Below, in pieces: positions 14,015 through 22,600 of a stretch of 31,020 nt of DNA. The DNA lies in contig DATECT010000145.1 of NCBI GenBank assembly GCA_035286765.1, positions 1 to 31,020 of the forward strand, read 5' to 3'. How positions within the stretch are numbered: position 1 is the first letter of the stretch; each line of letters starts with the position of its first letter. The notes beneath the pieces are model-generated. The model was not told the DNA's origin, searched no databases, and saw only the letters and a program-made list of their open reading frames with translations. Made by a program: the position numbers and the translations under genes. The stretch is from Gammaproteobacteria bacterium. Its GTDB lineage: Bacteria > Pseudomonadota > Gammaproteobacteria > SURF-13.

Positions 14015-16195
14015 GTGACAGTGGAAAGCATCGGGCATTCAGGACCATTACGGGAACTGCTGCTCACGCCTGGGCAAACGATTGCGATTACGGCCACCTT
14101 TACGGTGGAACCGCTGGAACAAGCGCTCAGCTTTTGGATGCGCGAACTCGCTATTCCATCTGACATTGAGTTTGCGCCCTATAATCAAATATTCCAGCAG
14201 TTGCTCGATCCGGCAAGTTTGCTTTCCAAAAACCACACTGGCATAAATGTGGTTCTGGTGCGGTTCGAAGATTGGCTGCGCTTCGATGTGCACCGTAATG
14301 AGCAGGAATCACGCTTACCGCATAGCCGGGAAAAAATTGAACGCAATATCAATGACCTGTTGCGCGCCCTGAAAGCGGCAACCGCACGCTCGGCAATTCC
14401 TTATCTTATCTGCGTATGCCCCGCCTCCACCGAGGTAGTTGCCGATGCCAACAGCCTGCCTTTCTTGGTAAAAATGGAAGAGCTGATGGCGGCGGAATTG
14501 GCCACCATCCCCGGTGCTTACCTGATCAGGTCGGCAGAGTTGACGGCCACATACCCGGTTGCGGTTTATTACGATGCGCACGGCGATAAACTAGCCCATA
14601 TCCCCTTTACCCCCCCCTTCTTTACCGCGCTGGCCACCATGCTGGCGCGCAAGATCCATGCGTTAAAGAGCAGCCCCCACAAGGTCATTGTGCTCGATTG
14701 CGACCAGACCTTGTGGAAGGGTGTGTGTGGGGAGGACGGTGCGCAGGGTATTGAAATCGATGCACCGCACAAGACCTTGCAAGAATTCATTGTGGCGCAG
14801 CATGCCATGGGCATGCTGGTTTGCCTATGTAGTAAAAACAATGAAGAAGACGTTATAGAGGTTTTTGATAGCCGCGACGATATGCCGCTGCGGCGCGAGC
14901 ATATCGTGGCCTGGCGCATCAACTGGGCGCGCAAATCGGAAAATTTGAAATCCCTGGCCGAAGAACTTCAATTAGGCCTGGATAGCTTTATCTTTATCGA
15001 TGATGACCCGGCCACCTGCGCGGAAGTTGAGGAAAGTTGCCCGGAAGTATTGACGGTGCTGCTCCCGCAAGATACTTGTGAGATAACTAAATTCCTGGGT
15101 CATATTTGGGCGTTTGATCGTTTAACCGTTACCCATGAGGATGCCGCGCGGACGGCATTTTATAAGCAAAATTTACAGCGCGAGCGCACCCGCAAAGAGG
15201 CGCTGAGCTTCGAGGACTTTCTGGCCGGTTTGGCCATCACTATCCGCATCTCGCCCTTGCAGCAACAGCATGTAGGCCGGGTTGCCCAACTGACGCAGCG
15301 TACCAATCAATTTAATTTCACCACGATCAGGCGCACGGAAGCCGATATTCAAACCTTGCTACACATGCCGAATGTCGAATGCCTGGTGGTGGAGGTCAGC
15401 GATCGCTTCGGTGACTACGGGTTAGTGGGAATGATGGTGTTTGAGCTTGCCGCCGCCACCTTGCAGGTCGATAGTTTTTTACTGAGCTGCCGTGCGCTCG
15501 GCAAGGGCATCGAGAATCGCATGTTGGCGGCATTGGGTGAAATCGCGCAAAGCAGGGGCTTGGCGGATGTCGAAGTTACCTATCTGCCCACTCAGAAAAA
15601 CAGATTGGCATATGACTTTCTAAGTGCATGGAATATGCCCTGTAGAAAACTTGCCAGTAACGGCACGAAATTCATTTTTCCCGCCGCGTTTGCCGCCAAG
15701 ATCAGCTTGCATCCGGTAACCCAAGAGCCGGCCAATCCCAGCGCTGTGCTCAACACCGCTTCCTCTTTAAGCACTCTGGCGCCTGTCCAGGCAGTCGGCA
15801 AATCAGCGCGCTTGAGGAGAATTTGCGAGGTGTTATCCGACCCCGAATACGTGCACAAGATCATTGGTTTGGCACGGCGACGTCCCCGTCCCCAGCTTAA
15901 AAAAAACTTTATACCACCCTACACCAGAATAGAAAAATTGCTAGCCGATATCTGGGAGAGTGTCCTAGGCGTTGCCCCGATCGGGCTGCAGGATAATTTT
16001 TTTGAATTAGGCGGCCATTCGCTGCTGGCGATGCAGGTCATCTGGCGGGTGCGCGATGCCTTGCAGGTGGAGTTGTCGCTGCGCGGTTTTTTCGAGGCCC
16101 CGACTATTACGGGGATGCTTCATAACATCCAGGCGTTAGGACGCCTGAATAATTTACCAGACCCATTAACAGATCGTATACAGGGGGAAATATGA
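14015..16195 (+). CDS. FkbH-like glyceryl transferase/phosphatase fused to a carrier (T) domain
   Basis: N-terminal IAITATFTVEPL...FAPYNQIFQQLLDP, HAD motif VIVLDCDQTLW, CSKNNEEDV, FIFIDDDP, QRTNQFN, DRFGDYGLVG, FLLSCRALG, then T FFELGGHSL. GTG start after GGAGGAGG. Confidence 0.92.
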   Translation: MTVESIGHSGPLRELLLTPGQTIAITATFTVEPLEQALSFWMRELAIPSDIEFAPYNQIFQQLLDPASLLSKNHTGINVVLVRFEDWLRFDVHRNEQESRLPHSREKIERNINDLLRALKAATARSAIPYLICVCPASTEVVADANSLPFLVKMEELMAAELATIPGAYLIRSAELTATYPVAVYYDAHGDKLAHIPFTPPFFTALATMLARKIHALKSSPHKVIVLDCDQTLWKGVCGEDGAQGIEIDAPHKTLQEFIVAQHAMGMLVCLCSKNNEEDVIEVFDSRDDMPLRREHIVAWRINWARKSENLKSLAEELQLGLDSFIFIDDDPATCAEVEESCPEVLTVLLPQDTCEITKFLGHIWAFDRLTVTHEDAARTAFYKQNLQRERTRKEALSFEDFLAGLAITIRISPLQQQHVGRVAQLTQRTNQFNFTTIRRTEADIQTLLHMPNVECLVVEVSDRFGDYGLVGMMVFELAAATLQVDSFLLSCRALGKGIENRMLAALGEIAQSRGLADVEVTYLPTQKNRLAYDFLSAWNMPCRKLASNGTKFIFPAAFAAKISLHPVTQEPANPSAVLNTASSLSTLAPVQAVGKSARLRRICEVLSDPEYVHKIIGLARRRPRPQLKKNFIPPYTRIEKLLADIWESVLGVAPIGLQDNFFELGGHSLLAMQVIWRVRDALQVELSLRGFFEAPTITGMLHNIQALGRLNNLPDPLTDRIQGEI
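15972..16104 (+). repeat. Direct repeat copy 2 (T-domain core of the FkbH-T gene)
   Basis: 133 nt with 5 mismatches against 12973-13105. Confidence 0.92.
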
Positions 16196-19100
16196 ATCCA
16201 CTACTCTCGCCGCAGCCAGTCATGCAGGAGCCTCAGCCATCCATCCGCGAATTCCTGGCCCAGTTACGCACCCAAGGGGTGGTCATGTGGCCGGAGGGTG
16301 AGCGACTGCGGTTTAGCGCCCCCAAGGAGTGCCTCACTCCCGAGTTCTACAGCGCCTTAGCGGCGCGCAAGGTCGAGATTATGCATGTCTTGGCGGATGA
16401 CGCCGCCCCGGCCCCGGCGTCATTGCCGGCGTGCGATCATGCCAGCCCCTGTATCTCTTTTGCCCAGCAGCGCCTGTGGTTCCTCCACCAGTTGGCCCCC
16501 GATAGCCCGGTGTATAACATCCCGCTGCTGCTGGATGTGCGCCGCGTGTTGCAGATCGCCGTCTTGCAGCGTGCCTTGACTGAAATAGTGCGCCGCCACA
16601 GTGTGCTGCGTGCCGTTTATGTTCCCGGTAGCAACCCCCCGCGGCTCCACGTGCAACCGCCTTACGAGGTCGCCCTGCCGCTTATCTCGCTGACCGAAAG
16701 CGACCGTGCCAGCCGCCGCAGCCGGGCTCAAGCCCTCGCCGAAGCAGCCGCACGCGAGCCCTTCGATCTGGAGCACGGCCCCTTGCTGCGCGCCCATGTA
16801 TGGAGGTTGGAGCCGGAACAACACCTGTTGCTTATCAGTCTTCATCACAGCGTCTCTGACGGCTGGTCGAGCGGGGTATTGCTGAGTGAATTGGGCAGTC
16901 TTTACAGTGCCTTGGTGAGAGGTCAGACCATGCCCTTGGCACCCTTGCCTATTCAGTATGCGGATTATGCCCACGCCCAGCGCGCGGCCCTGCAAGGTCC
17001 GGCCCTGGATGAACAATTAGGCTATTGGAAACAGCAACTGGCCGATAGCCCGGCCCTGCTGACCTTGCCCAGCGACCGCCCGCGTCGCGGCACGCCGCGC
17101 TTTCAGGGGGCATTGGCCTACAGCCGTTTGCCGGCGGATCTAGTGGGCGAGTTGCAGGCCTTGAGCCGGCGTGCTGGAGTCACCTTGTTTATGACCCTAT
17201 TGGCTGCCTTCCAGGGCTTATTGGCGCGCTACAGCGGTCAGCATGACATCGTGGTGGGGGCACCTATCGCCGGGCGCACCGAACAGGCTACCGAGGGTTT
17301 GATCGGCTGCTTTATCAATACCCTGGCCCTGCGCACCGACCTGAGCGGGGATCCGAGTTTTATGGAATTACTCAAGCGGGTGCGGGAGACGGCCCTGGAG
17401 GCCTACGCCCACCAGGAACTGCCCTTCGATAAGTTGGTGGAGGCCCTGCAGCCGGAGCGCAATCTCAGCCACACGCCGTTCTTTCAAACGGTGTTTGTGT
17501 TGCACAACACGCCCCAGGAGGGCTTGCACTTCACCGATTTGAGCGTTACCGCGCTACCTATCCACACCGGCACGGCCAAGTTTGACCTGAGCTTGGCGGC
17601 CACCGAGACCCCCGCCGGGCTGGACTGCGAACTCGAATACAACACCGACCTGTTCGATGCGACCACTGCCGAACGCCTGCTCGGCCACTTCCGGACCCTG
17701 CTGGACGGCATCGTAGCCGACCCCACGCAGCGGCTGGGGCAGTTGCCGCTGCTCACGCCCGCCGAGCGTACCGCATTGCTGGCACCGCCCGCGCCGCCCG
17801 CCGCCGCGCCGAGCACCACCCTCACCGCCCTGTTCGAGGCCCAGGCGGTACGCCGCCCGCAGGCCATTGCAGCGGTGTATGAGGAGCAGCGCCTGAGCTA
17901 TCACGACCTCAACACCCGCGCCAACCAACTGGCCCACTACCTGCAGCAGCAGGGTGTCGGCCCCGAGCAAGTCGTCGGTCTGTGCCTGGAGCGCGGCCCC
18001 GACCTGCTCATCGGTCTGCTCGCCATCCTCAAGGCTGGCGGCGCCTACCTGCCGCTCGACCCCGGCTACCCGCCAGAGCGCTTGGCCTTCATGCTGGCCG
18101 ACAGCCAAGTCCGCCTGGTCATCACCCACAGCAGCCTCGGCGTCGCCCTGCCCGCTGACCGCTCGCGGCTCTGTCTGGACCAGCTAGCGACCGCCTTGGC
18201 CGCCCAGCCCGGCGCCAACCCCGTGACCACCGCCCGGCCCGAGCAGCTCGCCTACATCATCTACACCTCCGGCTCCACCGGCAAACCCAAGGGCGTGATG
18301 ATCACCCAGGCCAACGTCCTGCGCCTGTTTACGGCCACCGAGCCCTGGTTTCACTTTACCGAACACGACGTATGGACCCTGTTCCACTCCTACGCCTTCG
18401 ACTTCTCGGTGTGGGAGATCTGGGGGGCCTTGTTGTACGGCGGCACCCTGGTGATCGTGCCTTATGCCGTTAGCCGCGCCCCCGAGGCCTTCTACCAGCT
18501 GTTACATCAGGAAGGGGTCACCGTGCTCAACCAGACCCCCTCGGCCTTCCGCCAACTGAGCCACGCCGAACAGCAACTCGGCCCCCAGCCGCTGGCCTTG
18601 CGCTACATCATCTTCGGCGGCGAGGCCCTGGAGTTACAGAGCCTGAAGCCCTGGCTGGCGCGCCACGGCGACAGCGCCCCCCAACTCATCAACATGTACG
18701 GCATCACCGAGACCACCGTGCACGTCACCTACCGGCGCATCACCCTCGAGGACGTGGAGGCCCAGCGCGGCAGTGTGATCGGCGTGCCCATCCCCGACCT
18801 GCAGGCCTATTTGCTCGACCAATACGGCCAACCCGTGCCGATCGGCGTGCCGGGCGAGATCCACGTCGGCGGGGCGGGGCTGGCGCGCGGCTACTTGAAC
18901 CGTCCGGAGCTCAGCGCCGCGCGCTTCATCCCGCACCCCTTCAGTGACGTCCCCGGGCAGCGGCTGTACAAGTCCGGCGACCTGGCGCGCTACCTCAACA
19001 ACGGCGAGTTGGACTACCTGGGGCGCATCGATCAGCAAGTGAAGCTGCGCGGCTTCCGTATCGAGCTGGGCGAGATCGAGGCGGCGCTCAGCCAGCATGC

Positions 19101-19686
19101 CGGCGTGCGCGAGGCGGTGGTGCTATTGCGCGAGGACAGTCCCGGCGATCAACGTCTGGTTGGCTACTGGACCGGGCAAGGCGATCCGCTGCCGAGCACC
19201 CAGGACCTGCGTCAACATCTCAAGACCCAGCTTCCCGATTACATGGTGCCCTCTAACCTGGTGTGGCTGGAGGCGTTGCCGCTCACCGCCAACGGCAAGG
19301 TAGACCAGCGCGCCTTACCGCGCCCGGAGGATCATGCCGAACGCGAGCTTGCCTACGTCCCGCCCGCCACCTTACTGGAGCAGTCTATCGCGAGCGTATG
19401 GCAGGAGGTGCTGCAAGTCGAGCAGGTGGGACGTGAGGATAATTTCTTTGATTTAGGCGGGCACTCCATGCTCATGGTGCGTGTGCATAGCCGCTTACGG
19501 GAACTACTGGGTAAAGAAATCTCTGTCATTCAATTGTTTCAATACCCCACTGTGAGGGCGCTCGCACAATGCTTATCCCAAGCCGGGCCGCTTGCTCCTA
19601 CAGCCGCCTTAGCCGGGGTCATCGCTCACGCTGCGCGGCAAAAGGCCGCGCAGCAGCGTCATCGTCATGAGGCTAGAAGGGTATGA
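16192..19686 (+). CDS. NRPS module betaHD(TubC_N-like)-C-A(Thr)-T
   Basis: N-terminal IREFLAQLRTQGVVMWPEGERLRFSAPKECLTPEFYSALAARKVEI docking domain. C motif HHSVSDGWS. A code DFWNIGMVHK, the canonical Thr code. T FFDLGGHSM. Confidence 0.95.
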   Translation: MNPLLSPQPVMQEPQPSIREFLAQLRTQGVVMWPEGERLRFSAPKECLTPEFYSALAARKVEIMHVLADDAAPAPASLPACDHASPCISFAQQRLWFLHQLAPDSPVYNIPLLLDVRRVLQIAVLQRALTEIVRRHSVLRAVYVPGSNPPRLHVQPPYEVALPLISLTESDRASRRSRAQALAEAAAREPFDLEHGPLLRAHVWRLEPEQHLLLISLHHSVSDGWSSGVLLSELGSLYSALVRGQTMPLAPLPIQYADYAHAQRAALQGPALDEQLGYWKQQLADSPALLTLPSDRPRRGTPRFQGALAYSRLPADLVGELQALSRRAGVTLFMTLLAAFQGLLARYSGQHDIVVGAPIAGRTEQATEGLIGCFINTLALRTDLSGDPSFMELLKRVRETALEAYAHQELPFDKLVEALQPERNLSHTPFFQTVFVLHNTPQEGLHFTDLSVTALPIHTGTAKFDLSLAATETPAGLDCELEYNTDLFDATTAERLLGHFRTLLDGIVADPTQRLGQLPLLTPAERTALLAPPAPPAAAPSTTLTALFEAQAVRRPQAIAAVYEEQRLSYHDLNTRANQLAHYLQQQGVGPEQVVGLCLERGPDLLIGLLAILKAGGAYLPLDPGYPPERLAFMLADSQVRLVITHSSLGVALPADRSRLCLDQLATALAAQPGANPVTTARPEQLAYIIYTSGSTGKPKGVMITQANVLRLFTATEPWFHFTEHDVWTLFHSYAFDFSVWEIWGALLYGGTLVIVPYAVSRAPEAFYQLLHQEGVTVLNQTPSAFRQLSHAEQQLGPQPLALRYIIFGGEALELQSLKPWLARHGDSAPQLINMYGITETTVHVTYRRITLEDVEAQRGSVIGVPIPDLQAYLLDQYGQPVPIGVPGEIHVGGAGLARGYLNRPELSAARFIPHPFSDVPGQRLYKSGDLARYLNNGELDYLGRIDQQVKLRGFRIELGEIEAALSQHAGVREAVVLLREDSPGDQRLVGYWTGQGDPLPSTQDLRQHLKTQLPDYMVPSNLVWLEALPLTANGKVDQRALPRPEDHAERELAYVPPATLLEQSIASVWQEVLQVEQVGREDNFFDLGGHSMLMVRVHSRLRELLGKEISVIQLFQYPTVRALAQCLSQAGPLAPTAALAGVIAHAARQKAAQQRHRHEARRV

Positions 19687-22600
19687 ACAGTTTAAACGCC
19701 GACGCCGCTGACCAAATCGCCGTTGTGGGAATGGCGGGCCGTTTCCCCGGGGCTAAAAATATTGAAGCCTTTTGGCGTAACTTGCAGAAGGGCGTGGAAT
19801 CGATTGTCTTCTTTAAAGATGAAGAATTGGAGTCGCTGAATCTCGATGCGGCTTTATTAGGCGATCCGAGTTACATCAAGGCGCGTGCCATTTTAGACGA
19901 CGCCGAATCGTTTGATGCCGGTTTTTTCGGCTTTAAACCGAAAGAGGCCGAACTCACCGATCCGCAGCAACGGATTTTTCTGGAGTGCGCGTGGGAGGCC
20001 TTGGAAAATGCCGGTTATGACCCGGAAAATTATCCGGGCGCCATCGCGGTGTATGCGGGCGCCGGCTCCAATACCTATTTACTTAATCACCTCTACCCTA
20101 ATCATACGGCGTACGAATTAAGCAGCCTGGCTGCGATGATCGGCAACGACAAGGACTTTCTCGCCACGCGCGTATCGTACAAGCTCAATCTGCGCGGGCC
20201 GAGCGTGAGCGTGCAAACGGCTTGTTCCACCTCGCTGGTAGCCGTGTCCATGGCCTGTAACAGCCTGCTGAGCTATCAGTGCGATATGGCCCTGGCGGGC
20301 GGCGTGTCGGTTAGCTTCCCGCAGCGGCGCGGTTATTTATATCAAGAGGGCGGCATTCTCTCGGGCGACGGCCATGTGCGCGCCTTCGATGAACGGGCGC
20401 AAGGCATGCTGGCAGGTCATGGTGCGGGCATCGTGGTATTGAAGCGCCTCAGCGAGGCGCTGGCCGACGGCGACACGATCTGGGCGGTGATTAAAGGCAC
20501 TGCCATGAATAACGATGGTGCGCAGAAGGTCGGCTACACCGCCCCTAGCGTGGATGGGCAGGCCGAGGTGATCGCCCTGGCGCAGGCCCTGGCCGACGTG
20601 ACGCCGGACACCATTAGCTATGTGGAGGCACATGGCACCGGCACCCCCTTGGGCGACCCGATTGAAATTGCCGGTCTCACGCAGGCATTTCGGCTAGGCA
20701 CGGAGGCAAAAAACTTTTGTGCCATCGGTTCGGTAAAGACCAATGTAGGCCATTTGGATATCGCCGCCGGTGTGACGGGATTGATTAAAACCGTGCTGGC
20801 CTTAAGGCATAAACAATTGCCGCCCAGTCTGAATTTTGAGCGTCCCAATCCCAAGATCGATTTTGCCAATAGCCCGTTTTATGTGAACACCGAACTGCGC
20901 GAGTGGGAGACGGCAGGCACGCCGCGCCGCGCCGGCGTGAGTTCGTTCGGGATCGGCGGCACCAATGCGCATGTGGTCGTGGAAGAGGCCCCTGTGGTAG
21001 CGAGTTCCAGCCCGGCGCGTCCCTGGCAATTGCTGACGCTGTCCGCCAAAACCGCTACGGCGCTCGACACCGCTACGACAAATTTAGCCGAGCATTTAGC
21101 GCAACACCCCGAGCTCAATTTGGCGGATGCTGCTTATACCCTGCAACTGGGCCGCCGCGGTTTTCAGCACCGCCGTATAGTGGTGTGCCGAGATCACGCG
21201 GATGCGATTTCCTTACTCCAAACACCCGATGCTAATCGCGTCGTCAGCCAAACGCTTAACTCTACTCAGACAGCGGTGAGCTTCATGTTCCCCGGCCAGG
21301 GCGCGCAGTTTATTAATATGGGCCGGGAGTTATATGAGACCGAGCCGGTTTACCGGCAGCACATTGATAGTTGCGCGGAATTGCTGTTGCCCGAACTCGG
21401 GTTGGATCTGCGCAGCGTGTTATACCCGGACGCTGATCAGGCCGAGACGGCACAACAGCAATTAACCCAGACCGGCATCACCCAACCCGCACTGTTTGCC
21501 GTGGAATATGCCACGGCGCAATTGTGGATGGCGTGGGGTATTACGCCGCAAGCGTTGATTGGCCATAGCATCGGCGAATACGTGGCGGCCTGTTTGGCCG
21601 GCGTGTTTTCGCTGCCGGAGGCACTGGCCTTGGTGGCGGCACGCGCCCGGCTGATGCAGGCGCTGCCCGCCGGCGCGATGCTGGCCATTCGCCTGCCGGA
21701 GCAAGAGGTCGTGCCGTTGCTCGGCAATGGCATTGCACTGGCCGCGGTCAACAGCCCCGCCTTGTGTGTGGTATCCGGTGCGCACGCCGCCATCGAGGCC
21801 CTGCAACAACAACTCACCGAGCATGAGATCGGGCAGCGCCGTTTGCATACTTCCCATGCCTTTCACTCGGCGATGATGGAACCCATGTTAGCGGCCTTTG
21901 ACGAGCAGTTGACTAAGGTGAAACTACGCGCCCCTCAGATCCCGTATATCTCCAATGTCACGGGCACGTGGATTACTGCCGCGCAGGCCACCGATCCGCA
22001 TTATTGGACTATGCATATACGCCAGACCGTGCGCTTCTCAGACGGCCTGCAAGCGCTGTTTAGCGACAGGAATAGCGTGTTGCTGGAAGTTGGGCCAGGC
22101 CAGACCTTAACGACATTGGCCAGGCAACATTCGGCCAAATCCGGCGCGCAACTTATTGTGGCCTCCGGTTATCCGGTGCAGGAGCCGGGTTCGGATAGGG
22201 CGGCGCTACTTACCGCGCTGGGGCGCTTATGGCTGGCCGGAGTGACTATCGATTGGCGACTGGTTCACCAACCCGAACAACGCCAACGGGTGCCGCTACC
22301 GGCCTATCCCTTCGAGAGAAGGCGCTATTTTGTAGAGGTACCCGCGTTAGCAAAAAATATGACAGCACAAGTATTGAATAATAAATCAGTAGATTGTGTG
22401 ACCCGCTTCACTCAGCAAGCTGATAGGGCGGTTAGAAATGAAAAAGATAAGGAGATCACCATGGCTGATGCCCAGGTAGTTACACCATCCAACTCATCTG
22501 GCCGGCAGGCGCGGCTGGTGCCGCAATTGCAAAGTCTATTGAGTGAATTATCCGGCATGGACTTGGCAAGCGTGAGTACCACGACGACATTTCTCGAGAT

